IMG/VR virus record: IMGVR_UViG_3300031658_000007
Span: 1 to 61,089 of that record
Reading direction: 5' to 3' (one strand)
Source: a virus
Taxonomy: Duplodnaviria > Caudoviricetes
DNA length: 61,089 nucleotides
The notes under the pieces were generated by a model. The model was not told where the DNA came from. It saw only the letters and a list, made by a program, of their open reading frames with translations, and searched no databases. Within the stretch, counting starts at the first letter, position 1. Each line of letters starts with the position of its first letter. Below, piece by piece: positions 45,798-56,700 of this stretch. Position numbers and translations under genes: made by a program.

Positions 45798-47581
45798 GAC
45801 CTTGGCAAATACTACCAGTACCGTACCCTAAAGACTTTGATCCTTCAAAGGAGCAGCCAGACTATTTCTACCAAAACTTTGTAAAACACTTCATACCTGA
45901 CATGATTCAAATGACTTCTGTTGGATTGAATATAGACCAACAAGCAGTAGAAGAGCTAAGAAATACTATAGATACTGTACTAGAGTCTGTATCTGAAACT
46001 CTTGAAAACAACACACTAATTAAGGAGTATCAAGAACATACACATCCTTACTTGGTGAAAGAGTATAAAGATAAAGTACTAGGCAGCGTCAGAACAGTTG
46101 AACATTATGTTAAGGAATACAACCCAAAAAACATTACACATAGGACTTACGTAGTTAATAACTATGTTGAGAATAAAAAAGTACACGAAGTTAAAAGCAA
46201 GTGGACTATTTCAGACATAAAAAAGCTAAACACATACGTAAAAGAAAAATTCCTTAGTATGATTATTGATGGTTCTGTGTCTGTAAAAAATAAGTTTGTT
46301 GTAGGAGGTATGCTGACTATGGCGAAAGATCAGTCTGCATTATGGAACAAACCTAGATACGAAAAATCTGATATACCAGTAGAAATTCCTAAGTTCAATC
46401 CTGGGAGTAACAAGCAATTACAAGAATTTTTTGAGCTGCTGAAAGTATCTCCTATTACTGTTAGTAAAAAAACAGGTAACGCCAGCTGGAACCGAGATAA
46501 CATAGAACTTTTGTATAAAATTAGTTCTGATAAAAAGTTACTAGAAGTGTTACAAGCAGTAATTGACCACTCATTTAGTGGTATAATAAGAAATAACTTC
46601 CTTGCTGCATTCGACAACTTTACTGTTGACGGAGTACTGTACGGAAACATTAAGTTATTTGGGGCTAAATCGTTTAGAAACACCTCTAACGGCCCTAACT
46701 TACTTAATATGCCTAGTAGTAGGTCTATATACGCTAAACCGCTTAAAAGGTGCTTTACGGCTCCCTGCGGGTACATTGTATACGCAATAGACTACAGTGC
46801 ATTAGAAGACAGAGTAATAGCAAATTTATCAGACGATAAAAATAAACAAAATATATTTTTAGAAAACCTTGATGGTCATTCGCTTAACGCTTGCGGTTAC
46901 TTCCCAAAAGAAATAGCAAAAGTACTAGGCGAGAACAAAGACAATGTAGCTTACGTTAAAGAGTTTTACAGACTAGTAGAAGATGAAAAGCATCCTATAC
47001 TTTCTAAGATACGATTTATCTCTAAAGCTCCTACTTTTAAACTTGCTTATGGTGGGTATCCTGACGCAAGTAAAGGAGGAGTAATTACACAAGACATATT
47101 TGATAATTATCATAATGTCTTATACCCATCTATAACAAAGTATAGAGAAGAATACGTATTACCTTTTGCTAAAAAGAATGGATATGTGCATCTAGGGTTA
47201 GGTTGCAAAATATACTCAAATGAAGCAGAAAGTCATATTCGTACACTACATAACGCAACTTGTCAGTTCTGGAGCATACTAAGTTTAATAACTGTAAACG
47301 AAATTAACTACCAGATACGAAAAGAAGGTTTAGAGGAACAAATTAAAGTTTGTTCTACTATATATGACTCTATATATTTTGTAGTTAAAGAAGAAGCTGA
47401 AGTTATTAAGTGGCTAAACAACATACTAGTACCAATAATGAACTCAGACTACTTGGTGAATGCACCTGTTGGAAATGAATGCGTAGGAGAAATAGGTAAA
47501 AACTGGAGTGACTTACACACTATAAAAAATAATGCTTCTATTGAAGAAATAAATAAAGTAATGGAGAAAATCAACAAATGA
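45794..47581 (+). CDS. Family A DNA polymerase, polymerase subunit
   Basis: FNPGS.KQ, PNLLNMP, motif A DYSALEDR, DGHS, motif B RFISKAPTFKLAYG, motif C IYDS. Confidence 0.92.
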   Translation: MRPWQILPVPYPKDFDPSKEQPDYFYQNFVKHFIPDMIQMTSVGLNIDQQAVEELRNTIDTVLESVSETLENNTLIKEYQEHTHPYLVKEYKDKVLGSVRTVEHYVKEYNPKNITHRTYVVNNYVENKKVHEVKSKWTISDIKKLNTYVKEKFLSMIIDGSVSVKNKFVVGGMLTMAKDQSALWNKPRYEKSDIPVEIPKFNPGSNKQLQEFFELLKVSPITVSKKTGNASWNRDNIELLYKISSDKKLLEVLQAVIDHSFSGIIRNNFLAAFDNFTVDGVLYGNIKLFGAKSFRNTSNGPNLLNMPSSRSIYAKPLKRCFTAPCGYIVYAIDYSALEDRVIANLSDDKNKQNIFLENLDGHSLNACGYFPKEIAKVLGENKDNVAYVKEFYRLVEDEKHPILSKIRFISKAPTFKLAYGGYPDASKGGVITQDIFDNYHNVLYPSITKYREEYVLPFAKKNGYVHLGLGCKIYSNEAESHIRTLHNATCQFWSILSLITVNEINYQIRKEGLEEQIKVCSTIYDSIYFVVKEEAEVIKWLNNILVPIMNSDYLVNAPVGNECVGEIGKNWSDLHTIKNNASIEEINKVMEKINK

Positions 47582-47778
47582 AAAGTACTATAGAAAATAA
47601 AGAAGAAATACTAGACGCAATGGCAAACAGTGCTATTAAAGATCTAGACATGAAAAATTTATTGGAAATTGCTTATGAGTCTGCATACACGTACTTAGAA
47701 ACACTGACAGACGCAGAGCTAATGGAAGCTATTTTAACTAGGATGCCAGATTTAGAACCAGATGTAGTCTGGTCATAG
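47578..47778 (+). CDS. Hypothetical acidic protein
   Basis: ATGA coupling. Confidence 0.6.
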   Translation: MKSTIENKEEILDAMANSAIKDLDMKNLLEIAYESAYTYLETLTDAELMEAILTRMPDLEPDVVWS

Positions 47779-47813
47779 TAAACAACATACGTGTTACAAC
47801 AGGAGTAAAAAGT

Positions 47814-48617
47814 ATGACAAACCCACTACACTACGATAACAGTGTCAATTACTTACCAGATAACTGTGTATTAAAAATTAGCCCAAGCAAATTTAGCAAG
47901 TTTGTTAATAGTAAACATAACTGGTACAGAGAAGAAGTTTTAAAAGAAGAAGGGTTCACCTACAGCACAGCATCAGTATTAGGAACTGTAGTTCACTATG
48001 TTGCTGAAGTAGTAGGAAAAAAAGGAAATATCAGTAAAGATTCTATTTATAGCTATATAGATTCTTTTGAAGAAAACGATGATTACTGTAAAGAAACCGT
48101 GCTATCTAACTTTGAATCAATGTCAAGTGTGCTAGTTAACCAGTACATACTATCTAATATGGATAACTTCTTAGAAGTAGAATCTAAAGTGTTCGCAGAA
48201 ATTAAGGATAGCTACTACGCAGCTGGAACACTGGACATACTTTTAGGCACTAAAGACGACTGTATGGTAGGTGACTACAAAACGTATAACAGTAAGTACC
48301 CACCAAAGACTATACCTAGACACTATAAGTACCAGTTGCTTGTGTACGCGTATATTCTAACAAAGCTAGGGTATACGGTAAGTCGTGTACAGCTTATATA
48401 CGTTAATAGGCATATTGATGGTGGTGTTAGTGAAAAAACAGGTAAACCTTTAAAATCTTACCCTCCTGAAGTTGCTGTATTAACAGAAGTAATAACAGAA
48501 GAAGACATAGCATTTATAACATCTCTACTTGAGCTGGCTGTGGAATCTTGTGTTAGTACCATAAAGTATCCAAATCTTACACACGTAATTTGGCAAGACA
48601 TGAGGCTTAAACAATGA
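47814..48617 (+). CDS. PD-(D/E)XK exonuclease (Cas4/RecB-like)
   Basis: ISPS, GTVVH, E, GTLD, GDYKT, QLLVY. Confidence 0.85.
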   Translation: MTNPLHYDNSVNYLPDNCVLKISPSKFSKFVNSKHNWYREEVLKEEGFTYSTASVLGTVVHYVAEVVGKKGNISKDSIYSYIDSFEENDDYCKETVLSNFESMSSVLVNQYILSNMDNFLEVESKVFAEIKDSYYAAGTLDILLGTKDDCMVGDYKTYNSKYPPKTIPRHYKYQLLVYAYILTKLGYTVSRVQLIYVNRHIDGGVSEKTGKPLKSYPPEVAVLTEVITEEDIAFITSLLELAVESCVSTIKYPNLTHVIWQDMRLKQ

Positions 48618-48787
48618 GTAGTAGACACGAACCAGCAGGTACACGAAGCTATGATAGCAACCCTAGATCACCATACTATGATGAACCTGATGATCAGGCA
48701 GCGTATGAATTAGCTAGGGAACAAGAACTTATAGCAAAGGCTGAAACACAAGAAGAAGAAAGACTAGACATATATTTATTTGAATAA
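48614..48787 (+). CDS. Small acidic protein (57 aa)
   Basis: ATGA overlap; MSSRHEPAG...NPRSPYYDEPD. Confidence 0.5.
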   Translation: MSSRHEPAGTRSYDSNPRSPYYDEPDDQAAYELAREQELIAKAETQEEERLDIYLFE

Positions 48788-48804
48788 CACAGGAGAGAAC
48801 AATA

Positions 48805-49542
48805 ATGGGTGCTAAAATACTAATAAATGGTATTAGTGGTTCAGGCAAAACCACTTTAATGAAATCACTAACAAATACTTTCGTAGTATCAAGAGACGGA
48901 AAAGCTTTTCCTTTTAACATACCACACATGCTAGTTCCTACATTCTACAGTATGAATGCACTTATTAACGGTGGAGTAGTAAAGAGTGAAGGAGAAGAAA
49001 TTGAAGTTGAAGGTTTCTTTGACAAGCTAGAGAAGTACAAGGAAGTTATAGGAGACTACCCTAAAACTATAGCTATAGATTCTGCGTCTAAACTAATGCA
49101 GGATATTATTGATTTTTCAAACTTAAACTTTACTAACTTCGATATTCATTCACATATTAATAAAGAAGTAGCTGTGTTCACATCGTTTGTGCAAGAAGAT
49201 CTTGTAGCTAATGGTATAAACGTAGTTATTCTTAATCATGTAATGGATAACGACAAAAAAGGTTTAGTACCTATCGGTCAAGGAAAGTTTAAAGATAAAG
49301 GAGGTTTTTACGGGGAAGTAGACCACTCTATACTAGTAAGTGATATGAAAGTTCATCACAGAGGAGTAAAAAATCAAGCTAGGACTACTATCGCAGAATT
49401 GCCTGATACTCAGTACGTAGAAAACATTGTTGATCCTTCAAAAAGTAAGAAGCTTAAAGAAGGTGAAACTTACTACGATCTGCAGAAACACATAGATTTG
49501 ATACTAGAAACTCATAATAACAATTCTGAGTGGTCGTTTTAA
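48805..49542 (+). CDS. Sak4-like/AAA_24 ATPase (N4 gp44-like)
   Basis: ILINGISGSGKTT, IAIDS, LNH. Confidence 0.8.
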   Translation: MGAKILINGISGSGKTTLMKSLTNTFVVSRDGKAFPFNIPHMLVPTFYSMNALINGGVVKSEGEEIEVEGFFDKLEKYKEVIGDYPKTIAIDSASKLMQDIIDFSNLNFTNFDIHSHINKEVAVFTSFVQEDLVANGINVVILNHVMDNDKKGLVPIGQGKFKDKGGFYGEVDHSILVSDMKVHHRGVKNQARTTIAELPDTQYVENIVDPSKSKKLKEGETYYDLQKHIDLILETHNNNSEWSF

Positions 49543-49769
49543 TGCGTACCGTAGAGCAAGTGGAGTATGTAATAACTAATTCTTCATTTGTTGAAATAGA
49601 TAACTACTTTTATCGTGTAGAGTCTTACACTTCAGACACAGAAGAAAAAATGTTGTATTTATTTGATGAAGACGGAGGTGAAGAAGTAATATATGACTTA
49701 AACAATGAACAAGACATGAATATTCTGCAGTACGCAGGTTTCTACGAAATACGATTAATAGATGTTTAA
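49542..49769 (+). CDS. Hypothetical acidic protein
   Basis: TAATG coupling. Confidence 0.6.
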   Translation: MRTVEQVEYVITNSSFVEIDNYFYRVESYTSDTEEKMLYLFDEDGGEEVIYDLNNEQDMNILQYAGFYEIRLIDV

Positions 49770-49862
49770 TGGCAGGTAGGAAAGACTACCAAGAAGTTAG
49801 CAGTAACAACGGGAATTTTCCCTTAATCCTACAATGGAACTAAGTTCCACAGGAAAAAAATC

Positions 49863-50549
49863 ATGGCATTTGCAACACAAAGTACAAATAAAGAAGATAT
49901 CAAACAATCAGGAAGTAGCTACATTAGTGGTTCAGGATTTTATCCTGTAAACATTCTTGCACCTTTCGTAGACACTAATGCTAGTGACTCTAGCGTGGTA
50001 AACTTTTTTGTAGAGCATAAAGGACAACAGCAGGTAATCTACGGAAATTTACGTGTAACTAACAACGGTGGACTAGAAAACAAGTTCGGTATGAAAGTGT
50101 TTAACCAACTTCTTGTCATTGCTGAAGTGCAAGAGGTTACTGACCCAGTAGAAGCTGATTTGCCAATAGGAAAAGGAGCCTCTGAAAAAACTGTAGCTGT
50201 GCTAGAAGACCTAGCTGACCAAGAAGTTATGATGCGTATACAAATGGAATACTCTGTATTTGATCATAAAATCAAAGAGAAAAAAATCATTAAAGCATTT
50301 TACCGTGCTGGAGATAATGCTACAGCTGAAGAAATAGTTAATGATAATAATCACGGAGATAGCTACAAAAAAGATCTGGATTCTGCCAATAGAGTAACAT
50401 ATAAAAATGATCTTACTGAAGAAGACATTAAACTATGGGTTACTGGTGGTCGTAAGGGTGGTGTGCCAAGGGCTGTAACAGAGTCAAAAGAACCTTCTTT
50501 TGGTGCAGCTAAGCCTTTTGGGGCAAAAAAGACTTTCGGTAAAAAGTAG
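49863..50549 (+). CDS. Putative single-stranded DNA-binding protein (N4 gp45-like)
   Basis: SG.Y...I; F.......TA.EI; low-complexity tail ending FG; follows the Sak4-like gene. Confidence 0.65.
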   Translation: MAFATQSTNKEDIKQSGSSYISGSGFYPVNILAPFVDTNASDSSVVNFFVEHKGQQQVIYGNLRVTNNGGLENKFGMKVFNQLLVIAEVQEVTDPVEADLPIGKGASEKTVAVLEDLADQEVMMRIQMEYSVFDHKIKEKKIIKAFYRAGDNATAEEIVNDNNHGDSYKKDLDSANRVTYKNDLTEEDIKLWVTGGRKGGVPRAVTESKEPSFGAAKPFGAKKTFGKK

Positions 50550-50712
50550 TTTGTACCTGATAGTTACTGCGCTAAAAACTGCGGTTGTTTTGATTATCGC
50601 AGCTTTTGCAATATTTCTATCTGTCTACTCTGGTTACATAATAACTTTTGTAGGGGTACTGACAGTTATAGGTTTTTTAACTTTTATAGTTTTACATAAA
50701 GCTAAAACTTAA
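50500..50712 (+). CDS. Small membrane protein (start uncertain)
   Basis: Two hydrophobic segments before the terminator. Confidence 0.4.
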   Translation: MVQLSLLGQKRLSVKSSLYLIVTALKTAVVLIIAAFAIFLSVYSGYIITFVGVLTVIGFLTFIVLHKAKT

Positions 50713-50719
50713 AGTATAT

Positions 50720-50745
50720 AAGTGGGGTGTAAAACCCCCACTTTT
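50720..50745. terminator. Bidirectional terminator between convergent units
   Basis: AAGTGGGG-TGTAAAAC-CCCCACTT hairpin with T/A-rich flanks. Confidence 0.8.
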
Positions 50746-53700
50746 ATATTATGCTTTTCATTCCTATGTAGTTCCAAGGATTCTGGAATATGCCAGTAAA
50801 AGAAGTATGCATGTTCCAAACATTTGAATCCCATATTTGTTGTGCATTAAGATTAAAGTAGTTTTCAATTGCCAGTTCTGTACCAAAACTAACTGGCTTG
50901 TTTTTAACCATTCTGTATATTGCTTTCTGTATACGAAGTCCATAGTTAGGAAAGGGAATAATTCCTACGTCACTAAGTTGTTTTATCTTTAATGGTAGAA
51001 CTTCCTTATAATCAGGAAAGGAGTCTGTAACCTCTAACTCAGCTTTCTTAGGGTCCATATCTTTAACTCCTACAAGATGCCTGTAATAAGTTTCTTTAGC
51101 TAGTATGTCTGTAAGATCAGTCATATGACTGCCTAGTTTTACAAACTCACTGTCAGGGCTATTAAGGTACTGGTGCAGGTAACTAATTAAATCATCTTCT
51201 GACTTAATGTCTTTAAGTCTTTTAGCAATTCTATTAAGCTCAGTCTCAACATTTTTAGTAGAGTCAAGGCTTCCAAACACAGGACTCAGAGTTTCTAAAA
51301 ATTCTTCTAGTCCTACATTCCATCTAGAAAAGTTCATAATGAATTTACCTATATCATTATTTTTACCTTTGTTATCTTGAAATATGGTTTTTAAAACTGA
51401 GTCTAAGTCTTTTTTAAACCCTGAAGATGGGTCATTAGCATTAACAATTAATTCAGAACCTAGAGAGTTAATGAAGCCTCTAGTCACTAAACCATTAGAA
51501 GGATGAGCTTTCAACTTATCATTTAAAAGTTTAATTTTCTTTTGCAAAGATTTATCATCAGGTCTAGCGTAACCTCTTACTCTAAGTTGTGTAAGTTCAT
51601 TTTTAATCTTTTGATAACCATCGAATTCGCTACTAATTAACCTGTAACTTTTCTGTATCTCTAGAGGGTCTACACCCATTACAGACAAGTATGACAAATT
51701 AGACATGTTATCTGCTGCTATTTTGGCTGGGTTTAAAATAACCATACTAATCTTAGCACCAGTTACAAAACTTTTAGTAATACGTAATGCCCATTTTAAC
51801 TTTGGGTCTGTAGCAATAGAGCTTTCAGTAGCACCTACTAGCCAATAGTTTATATCTTTCCTAACGTATTGAACTCTAGATTCTAGTGTACCTTTTCCAT
51901 TACTACTTTTAACATTAGATAGTTTCTTACTTTTTGGCATATAAGCTGCTTGAACTTCTTTTGGCAAGTCACTAAATTTAATGTCTTCATTCCCACCTAT
52001 AAACCAAGGATGATCTCTGTTTTTGTCTTTAATCAAGTCAGATAGGTTATCAGTTCCTTTACTCCCTAAATTCCAGTAATTAGTTTCTTCCATTATCAAA
52101 TCACGAATAATATGAGTATCAAGTATAGCCATGTTATGAGCCATAGTTCTAACTAGACCTTGTGAGGCATCTTTAACTAAACCTATTTCATTCTTGTACT
52201 TTGTCTCTAGTATGTACTTATACTTATCACCAATTTTTACTACTCTAGGGTCATGTCTCATTTCCTTACCAACAACAATGTCAGTACTTTGAGTGCGTAT
52301 GTCAGTAAAAGCACCTTCAATAAATGTACTATCTATTACTTGTTTATACACAACACCTAATGAATTTTTTGTAGGAGATTTTAAAACTTTCCACCCTGAT
52401 TTTTCTTCATAAGCGTAGTTGTTTACCTGCTCTTGGTTAACAACCTTAAACACAGTTTGTTCTTTATACTGGTCTGTCATTTGGCTATCTCTCATGTCTA
52501 ACTTAGGTATTCTACCTTCTGTTAGTATGAGTTCATTTGCTACCACTACATCTTTAACAAGATCTGCCATAGCTGTGTTGGACATAAGTTTAGTAAACCG
52601 TTGTGGACCATCCTCTATAGCTAGGATAGACTTTAGTACTACTAGCTTTCTAGCAGAAGACTTTAAGTTGTCCTGAACGCTAAGAGCATTAACATTGTAA
52701 ATAGTGTCTGTATATACTTTGTCGTTTACGTTTAACTCAACTATTGTCTCCATTTTACGTAATTGGGGTGTATCAAATAGCACCTCTAGTGCTTTTACCT
52801 CTGCATCAAAATCTGTTACACCTTCTGCGAATAGAAAGTAATCTTGAATCGCCATCTTACTTGTAAAGTCATACAAGTCAGTCTTTTCAACATCACTTAA
52901 CTTTAACTTGTTAAACTTTTGTAGTTCTTTACTAGTTAAGTCTTCTCTCCCAGAACGAGTAGCAGCAGCTAAAGACAAAACTTTATTCTTTAAATCTGTG
53001 TTTACATTAGAGTTTGTAATCTTATGTATTATTCCTTGTAGTGCTTCAGAACTATCGTAAATTCCTTTAATTTTATCTAGTGTAGTCGCATATAAAGGAA
53101 AGTTTGTCCTCATAAAGTCGTCTACCCACTTAATTCCCTCACCAGATTTATTAACTAATGGGTCATTAATACGCCTAGCTATAGAAGCATTCATAAGCTC
53201 AACTGCTCCACTTATTCCATCAGAATTTATAGGAGAAGCTGCAAACAAATCTTTACCATACCAAGTTTGAATTGCTTTTATATTAGCAATATTTGTTTCT
53301 CTTTCACTAGTACCTTCAGCAATTACTGAATTAATAGCCGTATACAACTTACCAGCGTCTACATCATTAGTTACAACATCTCTATAAGAAACAGAAGATA
53401 ACATTTCTTTAACTTTAGCTTTGACAAAAGCAATAACTTTTTTAAGCCTAGATTTATTACTGTCACCTAAAGCTTTATATACTTTTTTAGCTACTTCAGA
53501 CTCAGAATTCATAATAGCTATAAACTCTGCTAATCTAGTGGCTTCTCCTCCTGTATTGTCAAGAGCGTATTTTAAGCGGTTTATAGTAGTATTGTCTAAA
53601 ACTATTCTGCCTGAGTCTATATTGTCACGAAGCCTGTTCATGCTTTTAGATATGTAAGCAAGATTAAGGTCTAGCTGCGGACTAGTTGATTTAACGTTGT

Positions 53701-56700
53701 TAGATCTATTAATTGCCCAATCAGAAATTAAACCAATAGTATAGCTGTGTGTAATTTCGTGTTCAATTAACTCAATTAAATTTTTGCGGCCTTTAGCAGT
53801 TTTTATACTCTGAACACTGCCACCAGTACGATCATCTTTATCAGATATAACAATAGTGTCATTATCAGTATCAAATTTATTCTGAGATCCTTTTATTACT
53901 GTTGAAGAATTATTTTCTGTAAGAAACTTACTAATTACTGCAGATTCTGAAGCTAGGTCTTCTAGTATGTCTGTTTCAGACAAAGAAGAATCTTTAAAAG
54001 ATTTTTTAGGTTTAGGTTTAGGTTTTACAATAGACGTTGGCACAAGACCATCACCTATGACACTAAGAGTTTTAAATCCACGAGACTCTTCTAGTATTTC
54101 CTGCTTTACTGATTTTTCCTTGCGTATAGTATCAAGCAAACTCACAAAATCTGAATCTTTTTTTAATGAAGGATCATATGCAAGAGCAGCCATTAATGCC
54201 TGTTCGTGTATATCAAAATCAAATGCAGCATTAAAATCTTGTTCTACGTACTGACCTTCAAACTCCATAAGAGCAGGTGCAGAAGTACGTGTATCATCGT
54301 GGATACTTATTGATCCTGTTTCATGTTTAGTAGGTAAACCAGCTATGCCTCTGTACTGGTTGCTAGTGTCTACACCATGTACTTGAGACACACCAAGAAC
54401 AGTAGGTTGAAGTTTATCTTCTCTTGTTAATACTGTTTCACCGTCAACAGTATTTTGAACTTCAAATACTTTAGTTAACGGTAAACCAAAATCTTTAAGG
54501 TGTTCTTTTGTGTAAGATAAAGCTTTGCCACCGTTAAAAGCTTCTACAACTGCAGCAGCAGGATACATTCTCATTTTACTGAGAAGAGGATTGTTGTTTA
54601 AAAATTTAAATACTTGTTCACTACGTTTTCTGTAAGTAGCTAAGTATTCTGTAACTAGCGAATCAGTTAAAGTATCAAACAAGAAAGAAGGCATACCAGA
54701 ACTAGCAAATGCTTTTCTTAGCTCGTCTTTAATATTTCTGTCATCTCGAAGTGCGTCTCTGCCTTCTTGATTATTTTTGTGGTCTGTACCAAGTAACTCA
54801 TTAACTAAATCTATTGTGTCACTAGAAACCTTAATTTTATTTAAATTAGCAACTAACAAACCACTAAAAGTATTAGACAAAGAATTGTTAGCACCCTCTT
54901 CAGACTGTTGGTAAATAAAAGTCATTGTCGGTCCTTTGGACAATTCTCTTATGTCTCCGTTATAAAGATCTTTAGATACTAAATCTACAATTTTCTTTAT
55001 TTTGTCATTGTTTTCATTTTCTCTAACGTAAAAGTCATCTAAGTCAGTAATGTTATTAACAAAGTTTTCAAGCTTAACTTTAAGAATTCCGTATATGTCT
55101 TTTAACTTATCTTGTGTGTCTACTTCACCATCAAGTAACCCAAGTCTTTGCATAAGTTTTTTTATACTGCTAGGATTTGTCCCAAGTGCTTGTTTAAGTA
55201 TCAGCTGTCCACCAGATGCTGTAGCGTCACTGCTGACCATATAAGAGGTCTTAATAGTTTTACTACCTAGTGAATCTCTTATACCTTTAGCAGCTCTTAC
55301 AGTAGTTACAATGTCTGCAAAATCAAGATGCGGAAATAACCCTTGTAACTGAGTTAGTTGTTTTAATTTTCCTGCAGCCGTGTCTTTACTGACAAACTTA
55401 TCATACATTTCAAATGCTTGAGTGAGAGTTTTACCTTCTTCAGTAACGTTATCAGAATCTAAAAGTACTTCAGGAGTACTATTTCCTTCAAAGTCTGTTA
55501 AACCTAGACGTAAAGCAACTTTGTTTACGTAAAAATTATATACTTCAGAACCTACAGACATTTCATATTCAGAAATAGTTAAAGCATGACGCATTAATTT
55601 AGACGCTTGTGGGTTAACAACACTATTTTCGTAATATAATCTTGCGTTTTTACCACCAAACATAGGCATATACAGACTTGCTGCTTTTCCGTTAGCGTCT
55701 GTCATATGGTCGTAGTATTCAATTAAATCATCTACAGGAGTAGTTTTAGATAAATTACGACCTACATGACTAGATTGGTCAGCAAGGACAATATTAATTT
55801 TTTCTACTTTAAACAGATTTTTTAACGTTTCTGTATCCTTAATGTGATTTGATATCCATTTAGAAGCACTCATGTCACTGTCTTTTAGTTCTTTGTGCAA
55901 AAGATCAAAAAAACTGTGTAAATCAGAGTCTATAAACACTGGGTTAGACTCAAGTTCTTTACGTGCTGCTTCCATTTCTGGTGTAAGAGTATAAGCGTCT
56001 TGATTTTTTCGCTCTTTTATAGGAGAAGTAGAAGGTAAAGTAATATTACTTGGTTGAGACACGTAGTTAATAGATTCAATCACTTTAACGTATGCTGATA
56101 AAGGATGGTTGTTTATGTCAATAATAGATTTATCAGTAAAATATTTTTTAGCAGATGACTTAGCAGTAACATCAAATGCTTTAAGATTTAACTCTACCAC
56201 AGAAACTTCTGTAGTAACTTTTTCACTGTAATTACGTTTACTTGATATGTCATCAAGATAGTCTTTTATAGACCCTCTACCTTCGTGTACAGAAATAAAT
56301 CCGTTGTCCTGTAAGTTGTTGATAGCTACCATACCTGAACGATAATAAGCACGTTCTACGTCTACAGCAGACCCTTTACTGTCACTTATTTTTTTAAATC
56401 TATAACCTTCTAGATATAAAATTTTACGTCCTATAGTAGCAGCTAGTCGGTGAAGAGGAATATATGGGTTAACACCGTCATTACTAATGTCATTAATATT
56501 AACATTTTCGTTGCCAGCTTTGTCAATTTCACCTTTTATTGAGTCCATTATGTCTTTAAGTGCAATAGCTTGGTGTCTTGCAGACTTATCACTAGTAGTC
56601 TGTACACCATTGACTGTAACAGTCTGTAAACTTTTAACAAAAGTCTGCATTGCAGGTCGGAATTTTTCTGCTACGTCTAAGGATCTATCCAGTTTTCCCT

